The notes beneath the pieces were generated by a model. It did not search any database. It was not told the DNA's origin and was given only the letters and a program-made list of their open reading frames with translations. From positions 359,352,001-359,416,000 of the forward strand of contig OZ024743.1 of assembly GCA_964016885.1 (NCBI GenBank): 64,000 nt of DNA, written 5' to 3'. Made by a program: the position numbers and the translations under genes. Positions 1-13,619 of this stretch are shown piece after piece (positions within the stretch are counted from its first letter, which is position 1; each line of letters begins with the position of its first letter). The DNA comes from Eledone cirrhosa (Eukaryota).

Positions 1-523
1 TGTTGTTATGAGAACTGTATCTTCAGGTGAAAAATCCAATTCCGTGATATGCTTCTGGTAAAAAGCACGTCCCCCTACTCGTGCGCCCGGCTGACATATA
101 AGTTCTAAAAGGATATTTCCCAGCCGTTGTGTTTACAATTTGTGGATCGAGGTGTTATCTATGTGTCAATTAGTGAATCTGTCCTCCTGTACCGACCTCA
201 GAACTGTGGTAGTAAATTACCGAAAGAATAACCTTTCAAAAGTGCGGTGGGGACCTGTACCAGACAATAGCCTATACATAGCTAGATTTCAACAAATACT
301 GGTAGTAATAAAAGGAATTCTGAGGGAGGGCAATATAATCAGTGTGATGATAGTCATATTCAAGACAACAGCAACAACTACAACAACATCAATCACATCA
401 CCTACTGTGACTGCTGCAGTAGCATCGATAACAACACGCTATTAATGACAACAGCTTCATCAACACTAAATAGCCAATACAATTACCACCTAAGCTTTTA
501 AGTGGTGAGAATAGAGGTTAATA

Positions 524-2553
524 CCACTTATAAGCTATTAACCTCTATTCTCACGGAGAAAGCATACGTACTTTTGGAGGAGAACAATCTTTTCCCCATT
601 GAACAAAAGGGGTGCCGACGAGGTTCATGTGGTTGTAAAGATCAACTCTTGATTAATCGTATGATCCTTGAAAACTGTCATTATAAACACAGAAATCTCA
701 GTTCTGCATGGATCGACTACAAAAATGCTTTTGACAGCATACCGCACTCATGGATTCTGAAATCACTGGACATCTTCAAAATCTCAACTGTGATTTCAAA
801 TTCCTGCAACACAATATGTCATTGTGGAACACACTTCTCCAATTATTTCATTCCAATGAAGTACTAAGTTCTAAGAATATAAACACCAACTGTGGCATTT
901 TTCAAGGTGACTCACTTTCACCCTTACTTTTTTGCATAGCTTTAATTCTCCTTACATCCGAACTTAATAGAACAGGGTATGGTCACAAAATTGACAACAA
1001 GAAAATAAGCCACCTATTTTATATGGATGATTTAAGGCTATATTGCAAAGAAAATGACGAATTGCAAGACCTTTTGCAGACAGTAAAAACATTTAGTGAT
1101 GACATGAGGATGGAGTTTGGACTTGATAAGTTTGCCAAAGCCACTTTTAAGAAGAGGAAGCTTGTCAACTCAAATTCAGTTGAATTAGATGCTGAAACAG
1201 TCATAAAAGAACTTGAGCAGGAACAAACCTATAAATTCTTAGGGATTAATGTGCTCTGGCATTCAGCATGCAATTATGAAAAAGGATAAGGAAGGAATGT
1301 TACAGGAGAGTACGATCAGTTCTAAAATCAGAATTAAATGCTCATAACAAGGTGTTAGCCATAAATTCTTTGGCAGTTCGTTGTCACTTATAGCTTCGGT
1401 GTGTTGAACTGGAATATGAGTGAAATTAAAAGAATCGACACCAAAATCCGTAAGTTACTGACTTGTAATAGGATGCTCCACCCGAAAACAGATGTGGATC
1501 GTCTTTACCTTCTTAGAACTCAAGGAGGCCGTAGCCTGATCCAATTTGAACTTATCTACAAGACCACCACTATTGGACTGGCCAAATACCTTGAAACAAC
1601 AAACCACTGTATGCTGAAACTTGTTGAAAAACATAAGAGGAGTAAGAAGATTCATTCTATCTTGAAGGAGAGCAAAAAATATGCTACTGATCTCAGGCTG
1701 GACAGACTAAGGAAACTGTTGTAACTGATGCCGCTAAGCACATAAAATTAATGGCAAAAGCAAAAGGGCATGAGCAATTAGCATCAAAGTGGGAGCAGAA
1801 TCCTCTGCATGGCAAATATGTGGCCTGTAGCAAAGAAGCTGATGTTGACCAAAAGCACACCCATCAGTGGCTACGTACCTCAGGGCCAAAATCAGAGAGC
1901 GAAGGCTTCATCTTAGCTGTCCAAGATCAAAGCTTACTGACACGGAATTACCAGGCCAATGAGATGAGAAATGGTGTATATCCAAAGTGCCGATTCTGCA
2001 ATGCTGAGGTTGAAACAGTGGACCACCTAGTTTCTGGATGTAAAGTTTTAGCCCCAGCAGAGTACAAATATAGATATGACAGAGTTGGCCAATATCTACA
2101 CTGGGTAATATGTCGGTATTATAAAATCAAAGCTGCTGACAAGAGGTACAACATCACCCTGAGGCTGTAACTGAAGGAGAAAAAGTAACAATTCTCTGAC
2201 ACTTTCCTGTACATACTGACTGGACCATGCAAGCTAATAGAGCAGATATCATTGTAAAATACCAATATAGCAAGGTCTGTTTATTGATTGATATGAGCAT
2301 CCCATGTGGTCACAATATCGCGGCAAAAGAATTTGACAAGCTAAGAAAGTATAATGGTCTGCTTATTGAAATAGAAAAAATGTGGCACCTCAAGGCCGTT
2401 ACAATTCGAGTGATAGTGGGAGAACTGGGAAAGATCAAGAGAAGAACAGAACAGTATTTGAGTATGGTTCCTGGTTTACCCTCTCTGCAAGAGGGGCCAA
2501 AAATTGTTTGCACTGGTACTGCACACGTATTGAGAAGAGCACTATCTCTGTGA
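524..2553 (+). mobile_element. Degenerate Dong/R4-type RLE non-LTR retrotransposon (RT, CCHC knuckle, restriction-like endonuclease), 5'-truncated, many frameshifts
   Basis: Successive ORF pieces give EQKGCRRGS.GCKDQLLIN, WIDYKNAFDSIPHSWI, GIFQGDSLSPLLF, HLFYMDDL, CRFCNAEVETVDHLVSGC, NRADII..K...CLLIDM and DKLRKY, collinear with the better copy at 9.2-12.2 kb. Confidence 0.93.
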
Positions 2554-2574
2554 GGATGATATCCCTCCTTGTGT

Positions 2575-2584
2575 GGTGTATGGA

Positions 2585-2650
<66 letters not shown>

Positions 2651-2906
2651 TGTGTGTGTGTATGTGTGTGTGTGTGTGGCGCGTACGTGCATAGATATCT
2701 TTTATTTATATATATGTATATGTATGTGTATATATGTGCATGGGTATGTATTTGTATCTGTGTATGTATGTATATGTGTATGTATGTGTATATATATATG
2801 TATATATATAAATGGGTGTATGTTGGTGCGTATGTGCGTATGTGTGTGGATGTGTATATGTGTGTATGTATGTGTACGTTCGTGTGAGTCTATATGTATG
2901 TGTATA

Positions 2907-2949
<43 letters not shown>

Positions 2950-3115
2950 GTGTGTATGCATATGTGTATGTATGTATATATATGTATGCATATATGTGTA
3001 TATATGTGTATGTATATATATATGTGTGTATGTGTGTGTGTGTATATATATGTATATGTGTGTATATATATATATATGCATGTGTGTCTATGTATGAGTA
3101 TATATATATATATAT
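2575..3115. repeat. Compound (TG)n/(TA)n microsatellite
   Basis: Directly visible. Confidence 0.95.
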
Positions 3116-3270
3116 TTTTTTTTAAAGCTGTAAATTATAACCAATGTGGTGTGTTAACAGGCTTACCAATGTATACAGTGAATTTATTTGTCCTAGGCGT
3201 CAGGAAGACAATCGGCATATATCAGAAACAATACTGAAGGAAAAGGAAAAACAACAACAATAATAATAAT

Positions 3271-3665
3271 GTGTTCTTTATTAACCACAATGGTTGACAT
3301 AAAGTATAACATTAAGGTCAGCACAGGACGCTACAGGACGGTACAAATGGGCATTCGGGGACTCTGACCACCAGGGGAAGTGCCCTCTCAAAGTTTTCCA
3401 CCTCCAATCTACAGGAACATACTCAGAGCATGCCCATTCTCTCGGACCACGCTTGCCTCTCTCACCCATCTTTCAACAAATTGCTGGGAAAGGTCAACTT
3501 ACCTCTCCATCTTGATTTTCCTTTTCAAATGAGATTTGTAGAAGTTAATCAGAGTATCACCGAAGAGGTAAGTGCTCGTCTTCAGTCCTTTCAAACGTAT
3601 CTACCACACGACCCCTTTCGCCATGGCTTCCAGGCAGTTAAAAACTGCCTGCCCTTCCCGGCTAA
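3271..3665 (-). mobile_element. 3' fragment of a Tx1-like LINE, a paralog of 3990-4490 with an internal deletion
   Basis: Aligns by eye to 3990-4070 and 4185-4488 (tttattaaccac...ggacggtacaaatgggcatt; ...aaaactgcctgcccttcccggctaaa); its 3' end abuts (AAC/AAT)n at 3250-3270. Confidence 0.8.
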
Positions 3666-3987
3666 AATATAAAGATCTTGACTCGAATGTAGAAAATAAA
3701 AACAGAAATAATACCTATAATAATAGGTGCTCTAGGAATGTTAAAAGAAACACACAGACTAATACATAGCCCAAACCCCAGGACCTACAAATATATACAG
3801 CATACAAAAGTTAGCACTACTAGGCACTGCACACATATTACGAAAAGTACTATCAATACAATAGAAACAACAACAGCAATAACTACACTGCTCATACCCA
3901 AGGCGCACAGAGTTGTGCTCGGTAAAGCAGTAATGATGCACAATGAAAATAATAATGGAAATAATAATAATAATAATAATAATAATG

Positions 3988-6900
3988 TTTTCTTTATTAA
4001 CCACAAGGGTTTACATAAAGTAGACATTAAGGACAGTACAGGACAATACAGGACGGTACAAATGGGCATTTCTGCGTGTAAAAAAAACGGAGGTTGAAAT
4101 AAAATAACAAAGAAAAATTCCCTAATAGGGGGGAGACTTCCGAGGGACATTTGTGGAGAAAGCCCATTAAAAGACCACAGTGGCCCTGACCACCAGGGCA
4201 AGTGCCCTCTCCCAGTTTTCCACCTTTAATTTACAGACACATACTCAGAGTAGGCCCATTCACTCAGGCCATACTTGCTTCTCTCACCCATCTTTCAACA
4301 ATATGCTGGGAAGAGAGCACTTCCCTCTCTACCCTTATTTCCCTTTTCAAATGAAATTTGAAAAAGTTAATCAGGGCATCACAGAAGAGGTAAGTGCTCG
4401 TCTTCAGCCCTTTCAAACGTGTCCACCATACTATCTCTTTCGCCATGGCCACCAGACAGATAAAAACTGCCTGCCCTTCCCGGCTAAAGGAAGTGGGCGG
4501 GGCAATCCTCACGATGGACTCAGCTGATAGCTGGATCCGTCCTACACGTGACAGCAGGTGTTCGACATAAACCCACAAGTCAGCAATGCTCGGACACTGG
4601 ACAGTGCGTGCAGGACGGTTTCGTCGCCCTGCGCGCATCTCGGACATGCCCGGCTGACGGCACCTCTATGCTTGTAGAGTTTATCCCGAACTGGCAAAGC
4701 TCCCCGGTAGCACTGCCAGGTTGGGATTTCTGGAAGTTGTCCACAGGCCCCGGCCCGAAAGTTCTTCCGAAGAGATTGGCTAGTTGATTTTCGTCGACGC
4801 CTAGAGTTTCTCCAAGTACGTCGTCGCTCTACCCCTCCACTAATCCTCTATAGAACGCCAAGGTGGAGTTTCCACCGATTGGTCGAGGGCTGTGAGCGCC
4901 TGAAGACATTCCAGTCTCCAAGCGCTCCCTCTCGGTCTTCGTTTGACCCAGGACTGCAGCTCCGTCAAGGAGACGAGCTGGGGAAAGACGTGTCTAACAC
5001 CTGATCACCGTCGAGGAAGAGGTGGAGATGTCGTAGCCAGAGCGTGTGTCTGCGCATCATCAGCCACGGCATTCCCAGCCCTCCACGTAGCGGGTGTTGA
5101 CAGCAGATGGACCGCCTGACCATCGGAGCGCGTCCCTTCCACAAAAAGCGAAAGAGCATGAGGTGAAGGTTGTCGTGGATGGATCTGTCGGGAATGGCGG
5201 ACGTCTGCGGCTCTCCCACCAGACCACTAACGACAAGCGCCAACCTCTTTGCTAGCACCTTGGAGAAAATCTTGAACTCTGTGTTTAGCAGAGCTATGGG
5301 CCTGAAATTATCTATGTTATCCCCCTTGTTCGGATCCTTTCTCAGCAGCGCCACAGCTCCTCGGCTCACAGAGCTGGGAATTCTCCCGTTCTGTTGCCAG
5401 TTGCAGTAGACGTCCGCCAAGAGGCCTCCGAACAAGTCTGGCATCTGTACGTAAAGTTCATAGGGCAGACCATCCAAACCAGGCGATTTACCCCTTGTGC
5501 AGCCAATCATTGCCTCCCGTACTTCAGCGGCTGTTATCGGCTTTTCGCAACACTCCGCCTCAGTGGCCGAGAGCCGCGGCAGTCCGCCGAGTTAGACACT
5601 AAAGTCCATCCCTCGATCCGGCCCGCCGCTGCCACCGAACAGCTGTGCGAAGTGCCGCTGAAAAGCTTCACACATTTGCCCGGGATCGAGTAGCATGCAC
5701 CCGTCGTGGACCACCAAAGACCGGTTCGTGGCTTTGTTTCCACGACGCGCCTCCGCCACTCGGGCCCATTGAACGGCTTTTGTCCCCTCGTGAGTGAGAG
5801 CACGCATTCTAGCTCTGACAACGCAGCCTTCGTGCTTTGCATTGAAGAATTGGTCAAGGGCCAATTTCGCCGCAAGTACGTCGGTCCCGATGCCTTTGCT
5901 AAGTGCCTCGTCTAATTTTCTAACTAATTCTCCCTCTGCTCTATTTTTCTCTATTGCTAAAGCCTTACTAAACCTAATGGATGCCTTTGCTAAGCGCCTC
6001 GTCTATTTTTCTAACTAATTCTCCTTCTGCTCTATTTTTCTCTATTGCTAAAGCCTTACTAAACCTAATGGACTCTATTCTAATTGCTCTTTTAAGAGCA
6101 AACCACCACTTGTTGTTGACGATGGCCTCCGTCAACGCACGCTTAACTAGTTCGCTAATCCGGCCTCTGTAGGCCTTGCGCGCCGGTAAGGACGCGTCTA
6201 GCTTCCAGTAGCCGGGTCCTCGTCTATGAAGCCTATCTAAGTCAAGCACACAGATCACGAATTTGTGGTCCGTGTAGCTGACTATCTTGAATTGTGTACA
6301 GCCTATGCTAGACCTAGCTATTTCCCTACAAAATAGTCTATCTAGATATGATCTGGATGACCCTATACGATTTGTCCAAGTCCACATTGGCACATTCGGG
6401 AAATCCAATCGGTACCTGTCAGACAGTTCAAAACGCCTGAGCAGGTTGGTGAGGCTTTTGCACCTTCCTCCCCTATCGGCTGATCCCACACAGTCCCAGC
6501 GTGCGTCTAAGATCCCGTTCCAGTCGTTCAGAGCGGGACGTTCCAAGAAAGGTCTCCAGACGCCGGAAGAAATCAAGCTTGCCCGTCTCCGTTGGTCACG
6601 TATAGCACCACCATCTTACCTTCTGGGTCCAGGAAGATGGCCCGTATGGCGAGATCAAAACCTCTCCAAAAAGCACAGCAACTCCTCCCCCCCAATCCTG
6701 GACGGCTGGGAGATGCGTACACATCGTAGCCGCCGAAGATCGGTGCGAAGGCCCGTGCTTCGGAGATTCTGGTCTCGCTGATGGCCACTACATCTATGTT
6801 TAGTGACCTGAGGTCGTTGAGCAGATGGCCCTGCTTCCATGACGACCCCCAAGCCACGCGCATTTATGCTGCCTATTCTGAGTGAGGTCATGTTGAAATG

Positions 6901-8990
6901 GAGTGGAAAAGATGGGAAAGACCACTTACCTTACTTCTCGTTGAGGAAGGATGGTTTCTCCATCCTTTTCACTGCTTGTGGCCTCCTCCGGAAGGATGTC
7001 CCCTCCTGGAGAGTGTTTGTCGGAAGTCTCCGATGTCTTTGGGGAATTTTTGTTTTAGTGTCGTGTACGTTTTCTGTGTGATGCGAGTGATTTGTATGTG
7101 TGGAGCTGGTGTGAACTTTTGGGTTGTTGTGTAGTCTTTTTCTGTGATGGTGGTGTTGTGTTGGATGTCGTGTAATAATTGGTTGTTGTTCAAATTTAAT
7201 GCTGTGTAGTGTGTATCGTTTTGGTTGTTTTGTTTTGTTTGCGTTTGTTGTGGGTTTATTTCTGTTTCGCTTTTTGGTGACTTGTGTGGTGTTGGTGATG
7301 GTGGTGTTGGGGTTAATGATGGTGATGGTGTTGGTGTTTGTGGTGATGGGGTTGGTGCAGCTGGTGTGGATGGTGGCATATCTGTCCTAACTTTTTTGTT
7401 TGATAGTTTATTTGTTTCCCTCTGTATTTTGTTTTTGGACGTGGAGGGAAGAGAATTTTTTTCTTTTTTGGTTTCTTTTTTTCTTTTTTCCTGATACCGT
7501 TTCCCACTCCTCGTTGTCACAATCTGTCTCCAGTTGTGATAGGCCGGGGAGTGGACAATCCTCCACAGCCGTTAGTTTTGGTTGTGGCGTGGTGGATGGT
7601 GTAGGCGCTGGTGCTAGTTCTGGCGCGTTGGGTGGGGGTGGTGTTGGTTTTGCTACTGTTGCTGGGGTTGTTGCTGTTACAGTTACTTCTGTTGTTGTTG
7701 CTACAGTTGTTGCTTCCACCTCTGCTGCTGGTGGTGTTGATGGTTGAGTCACTGGGGTGGGTAAGAGAGGTGGCCTCAACCTTATAGCCGGAGGGCAGAA
7801 AGCCCTTAGGTGGGTTCCTTCACCACAAACGACACACCTAGGCCTTCTGCCCTCGACGATTACGGTGAGGTGGCTGCCGTCAATGAGGTCTATTACCTCT
7901 GGGATCTACTCAATGCTTTTTTGGTCCGCTTGGATCAGGAGCTCCATCCCTGATCCGGACCAGTTCTCCTGCTTTTCTTTCGCTATTTCGATTATCTTGG
8001 TGTTGGCTTCGATGCCGGCGAGGACGACAGCTATTAGCCAGGGAATTTCGATGGCCGGTGGAACGTGGGTGACCCTGATCTTTACGAGTCTCTGGTCACA
8101 ATAGCTTGGGACGAGTGTGAAGTCGTCACTACTTAATGGGGCCATGGAGTGTTCTCTAGCCTCCTGTGGTGTTTCAAAGAACACGTCCACGGATCCATAT
8201 TTCTGCCCACGTCTGATGTGGGTTTTTTTTTAGCTCACACATGTCCCAACACCTTTTGGATTTGGGACTCGGATACCCGTTCCACTCGGCGCGATTTTAT
8301 ATTAATTGTTCGATAAGACACGGTGCATAGGCGCCGATGCTCCATTTTATTAGGTGTGAGGGGTGCGGGGTGGGGTGAGGCTGGCCCTGTAACCATCTTT
8401 CTTTACCATTTTTTTGGCTTCTTCTAATTCCTCCTGAGTTACCTGAAATGCTTCGCACTGTTTTGCTACTCTGGCAAAACTCAGGGTGGTTTTCTTAATG
8501 TCATTGTTGCTGTTGTTGTTATCGTTATTTTTGTTATTATTAATTTTAGTTTCAGTTGTGGTGGTGGTGGCGTCAGTGGTGTTCGGTGTGGAAGAGTACA
8601 TTTTGGTTGAATTCATTTCGATATCACGAGTTAATTAATTTTTTTCTTTTGTTTCTGTTGTCGCGGTGGTGGTGGGGGTGGGGGTTGTCGCGGTGGTGGT
8701 GGTGGTGGCGGCTTTAACACCTGCAGTCATTGGTAATGGCGGGAAATGAATGTCTGCCTGAGACAAATTTAAAATACTGCTAGTGCTTATATTTTTAGTG
8801 TTGGCAAACGTAGTAATATTTACAATGGTGGTGTAGGTGTGAGGTGTTAGTTTGTGAGGAAGGAGTGACTTTGAGTCATCCATGATTTTTCAAAGAAAAA
8901 TTTTTGTTTGATAATTATAAAAGTTTAAATTTTGGGCTCAAGGTCCCAATCTTTTTGGGTGTCCTTTTCAGATAACAATGTATGAGCACT
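3988..8990 (-). mobile_element. L1/Tx1-like LINE, disrupted: ORF1 (low-complexity regions plus CCHC), APE endonuclease and internally deleted RT
   Basis: APE motifs LRIGSINARGL, DVVAISET, DWN.ILD, WTWTN..SSRSYLDR and YTDHKFV (5974-6891). RT start GKSPGLDGLPYELY, NFRPIALLNTEFKIFSKVLAKRL, RSIHDNL runs straight into LFRFLWKG. ORF1 knuckle CVVCGEGTHLRAFC at about 7796-7837. 3' end abuts (AAT)n at 3960-3986. Confidence 0.88.
5974..6891 (-). pseudogene. Apurinic-type endonuclease domain of the Tx1-like ORF2, frameshifted
   Basis: Motifs split over ORFs 6655-6891, 6573-6863 and 5974-6576. Confidence 0.85.
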
Positions 8991-9096
8991 TATATACAGT
9001 TAACAATAAAATTTTCCATGAATGGCAATTTTAAACAACTGAAAATAACAAACCTTTGCGGAGCTCACGATGATATGATTTACTACGTAGATCGCC

Positions 9097-9173
<77 letters not shown>
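9097..9173. repeat. (TAA)n microsatellite, 5' flank of the Dong/R4 element
   Basis: About 25 AAT units; (AAT)n resumes at 12240-12266. Confidence 0.95.
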
Positions 9174-9175
<2 letters not shown>

Positions 9176-12100
9176 GATCCAGATCTCCAAACAGAACCAA
9201 AAGATAATACACAAGACTAACATAATTCTCAAAAACATTATCATCACAAACAAACTAAACATTACTGATTTAAATCATCTCTATTATGCATCGGCTAAAG
9301 TCACCACTCACTTATGTGGAGTGAAGATGAAAAAACAAAGGAATTCCCACAAGAAATCTACTTGGCAAGAGAACATCAATCGCCAAATAAACCTTCTCCG
9401 ATCTGACATAGAAATTTTAACAAACTATAAAGTAGGTGAACATGTTAAACAAACTAAACTTAGAAAATTGAAAAAAAAGTACAGTATAAAATCAACATGT
9501 GACATAGACATGCTGATAGAAACAATCAAGCAAAAAGTGTCGGCCAAAGCTGCTCGTATAAGGCGCTTTGAAAAACGATCTAGATTCTATAAGGACAATA
9601 ATATGTTCAAAAACAACCAAAGAAACTTCTACAGAAAAATTGGTAAGTCAACAATAACTGCTAAATCAATACCACCCAAGGAGGAAGTGCAAGAATTCTG
9701 GGAAAAGATCTGGGCCGAAGAAAAAGTTCATAACATACATGCCCCATGGATAGACAGACAAATGAAAGATACAGCTCACCTTGAGGAACAAACATGGGAA
9801 AATATAACAGTTGAACAGTTGCACTTGGCTCTAAGAAAAACCAGCAAATGGAAATCCCCAGGAAAAGACAAAATACAAAACTTTTGGATAAATGCCTTCA
9901 CAGAGTCTCATGAGCTGTTAGCCCAACTTTACAATGAAATAGTTAAGGAGCCAGAAAAGATACCTTCATGGCTAGTTAACGGCATTACATTCCTGCTTCC
10001 GAAGAATGATGAGACAAACAATCCCCAAAATTACAGACCGATAACTTGCTTGACCACAATGTATAAAATTTTAACATCAGTCCTAACTGAATACACATAT
10101 GACCACCTGATAACAAATGACCTATTTCCCATTGATCAGAGAGGGTGTAAACGAGGCTCATATGGCTGTAAGGATCAGCTTCTGGTTAACAAAATGATAC
10201 TGGAAGATTGTCATAATAGACACAAAAATCTATCGATTGCTTGGATAGATTATAAAAAAGCATTTGATAGTTTGCCACACAGTTGGATTGAAAAATGTTT
10301 AGAGATTTTCAAAGTATCCCCCGTTGTCAGGAGGTTTTTGTCATTCAGTATGAAGACATGGAAAACGACACTCCTTTTGAATAATGAAACAAAATCACTG
10401 GAAGCTGGAGAAGTTAATATTAAGTGTGGAATTTTTCAGGGTGACTCTTTATCACCGCTTTTATTCTGCATCGCACTTATACCATTAAGTAAAATTCTCA
10501 ATGAAACAAAACATGGATATAAAGTCTATGACAAAACCATTAATCACCATGGATGACCTGAAACTATTTGCAAAAAATGATGAACAATTGCAAGGGCTAT
10601 TATCCACTGTGAAGCAGTTCAGTGATGACATTAAAATGGAGTTTGGACTAGATAAATGCGCCAAAGCAACGTTCACCAGAGGAAAGCTGCTGAAGAGTTC
10701 AGACATTAATCTTGATCGGGGGAACGTGATAAGAGAACTTGATCAAGAAAAAACTTACAAATATCTAGGTGTTTGTGAAGGAGACGGAATCAAGCACTCG
10801 ACAATGAGGGAAAGGATAAGGAAGGAATGTTACCGCAGAGTGAGAGCAATCTTAAAAACGGAATTGAATGCAAGGAATAGGATCGATGCCATAAACACGC
10901 TTGCCATACCAGTAGTAACCTACAGTTACAATGTCATCAACTGGTCAAGCACAGACATCCGTAGGCTCGATACAAAAATTCGAAAATTCTTAACCATGCA
11001 CAGAATGCATCACCCTAAAGCAGATATAGATAGAATATATCTCCCTAGGAAAGAAGGAGGACGTGGGTTAATACAGTTAGACATTGCGTTGAAAACTGCA
11101 ACAATTGGATTATCTACATATCTAAGTGAATCACATGATTGGATGATCAAACTCGTTTTGAAACACGAAAGCATCAAAAGATCATATTCCATTACAAAAG
11201 ATGCACAAAGATACAGTAATGGACTACAAATTGCAGAAGTCCCATTTACTGCTGAAATGGAAAACACAGAAAAAGCAAAGCAGGTAAAAGTAACTGCAAA
11301 GAAAGAACTGCTACAGAAACTGGCTAAGAAATGGCAAGAAAAGCCTCTGTATGGAAAATACCCAGAGCGAGCTAACAATCCTGATGTTGACAAAACTTTA
11401 ACCCATCAGTGGTTGGCATCCTCTGGACTGAAATCGGAGACTGAAGGACTGATTATATCAGCACAAGATCAGTGTCTGCCAACAAAAAATTACCAAGCCA
11501 ACATAATAAAAAATGGGTGCAGCCCATTATGCCGTGTATGCAAAAAACAACCAGAGACCATTGACCATATAATTTCAATGTGCAGTCCTATAGCTCCAAC
11601 CGAATACCTAAACAGGCATGACAGAGCTGCACAATACATACATTGGATAATGTGTAAGCATTTTGACCTGCCCCATCAAAAGAATTGGTGGGAGCATCAA
11701 CCACCTCCCATACTTGAAAAAGATCACATCTCAATCTTGTGGAACTTCAGCATCCAAACAGACCGAAAAATAGATGCAAACAGACCTGATATAATATTGA
11801 AGGACTTTAAAAAGAGGGTATGCCTGCTAATTGATATGTCTGTTCCAATAGACAAGAATGTATCTATAAAAACATTTGAAAAATTGCGCAAGTATAAGGA
11901 CCTGGAGATAGAAATTGGAAAAATGTGGAAATTGAGAACTAAAACAATACCAGTGGTTGTAGGCGCTCTGGGAATGATACCTAAGGGGTCTAATGATTAC
12001 ATATCGCAAATCCCAGGAAACCCGCGTATAGGAGAAATACAAAAGATAGTACTAATGGGAACTGCCCATATACTAAGGAAGATTCTGTCAATATAAGTAC

Positions 12101-12239
12101 ATCACAAGTCTAAACACTAAAGATGCATGTGTGAATATGTATGTTTTTTCTTGAACATGGCGGACCTTGTTGTCTCTTGAGGTCACTGGATGTGACTTGG
12201 TGATAACTCGTATGAACATAAAGCAAGATAATGCAACTG
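9174..12239 (+). mobile_element. Dong/R4-clade RLE retrotransposon, 5'-truncated, inserted in (TAA)n
   Basis: 411-aa and 531-aa ORFs with KWKSPGKD, NYRPITCL, WIDYKKAFDS, GIFQGDSLSP, MDDLKLFA, CRVCKKQPETIDHIISMC, RHD, NRPDII..D and EKLRKY; (TAA)n on both sides; about 140 bp 3' UTR. Confidence 0.95.
9321..12096 (+). pseudogene. RT-RLE polyprotein broken by one frameshift at about 10548
   Basis: Reads ATT AAT CAC C ATG GAT GAC where the paralog has HLFYMDD, implying a deletion of about 8 nt that removes the Y of YMDD. Confidence 0.88.
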
Positions 12240-12265
12240 TAATAATAATAATAATAATAATAATA

Positions 12266-12374
12266 ATTGTTTCTACGTTAGGCACAAGGCCAGCAAATTA
12301 CCCAGTGTATTACTGGTACTTTATTTTATCGTAAGGATGAAAGGCAAAGTTAACCTCGGCGGGATTTGAACTCA
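12266..12374 (-). mobile_element. 5'-truncated copy of the tRNA-headed SINE
   Basis: Matches the 3' half of the copies at 27253 and 39464. Confidence 0.85.
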
Positions 12375-12829
12375 CAATAACTTATAACAGCAATAGTAGT
12401 CAGTCGTAACTACAGTGACATTTATAACAACAAAGACAACGACAACAACGCCTGGACAAATGAGTAGCAGGAATTGTGTGACCCGACAACCAGATTGTAA
12501 ATTGAACATAATAATAAATATGAATGGGAGTTCTAGGTAGCGAACAAAGGAACAAAAACAGATAGTGGTATATAGATACAAGTGCAGGTATACATGAGAT
12601 GCGGAGTACAAAGAACAAAAGAACATAAAACACAGATCCTCATGTTGCGAGTATACAATCCTATATGTGTATAAAAGTGTAGTGTTACTGTGATTCGGGC
12701 GGACGTAAATAGGTTATCCAGGTTTCGCGCGAGGTTGGTGTCCGTGTGCGGCGATGACCGGCGTTCAAGCTTTGTACTAGGCCATAGCTAGTATATCTTC
12801 GTTGCCAATTTGTATAGTCTGGGGAAGGT

Positions 12830-13270
12830 TCCAGTTGACCTGTAGTGGCAGGTGCTAAATAGGTTATTTCTTTTATTGATAATTTGTACTCCCTTCTTAA
12901 TTATCTCCATAATTTCGGTGCACAGAGATTGTACGAGTCATGCCCTCCTCCCCTATAGGATTGGGCTGTGGTGACTTCGGACCATGACATGGTGTCTACA
13001 ATGTTGTCATGCTTGAGTCGCCACATCTGTTCGGAGAGGGTGGGCTGTTTTTCTTCTCTATTCCCTTAAAGGCGTGGCAATGGTTGTACTAGCGTTCCTT
13101 AAATTTATTAGCCGTAGGTCCGATATAGGCGACGGTTTGGTTATTGGTAATTACTTTACATTCATAAACCATGTTACTGTTAAGGCATTTGCCTTCCAGG
13201 GGAAATTACTGGGGCTTCTACAATTGCAATCCGGGGAGGTGTTGTTGCCTGGATTACCGGATCGTGTTGT
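12830..13270 (-). mobile_element. Penelope-like element, degenerate GIY-YIG endonuclease and C-terminus
   Basis: Manual minus-strand translation, with frameshifts: CNCRSP..PLEGKCLNSNMVYECKVITNNQTVAYIGPTANKFKER*YNH...TLSEQMWRLK...INKRNNLFSTCH. Confidence 0.8.
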
Positions 13271-13548
13271 TTGATTACGCGGTCGCGCCCGTTCCCTTCG
13301 GCTATGTAAACATCATTTCTGTCCGTTGCCTTGTCTTTAAATTGTATTACCTCGGAAACGTAATCTTATTACATAAAGATGGTGTCTGAAGATATCGCGT
13401 TACTGGCTAGATCATTGAACAATCATGTAGCCACGATCGTTATTGAAATATGTAACAGAGCTTTGATAATAAAGAAGTCTTTAATATCTACAACAAACTT
13501 CGCATTTTCCTTATTCTCTCTATGTAGATAGAAACGCGCACACAAAGA

Positions 13549-13619
<71 letters not shown>

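Noticed and set aside
12705-12775. Expected hammerhead downstream of the Penelope GIY-YIG fragment
   Set aside because: cgcGAAAcctgga is present on the minus strand, but there is no recognisable CUGANGA or stem I
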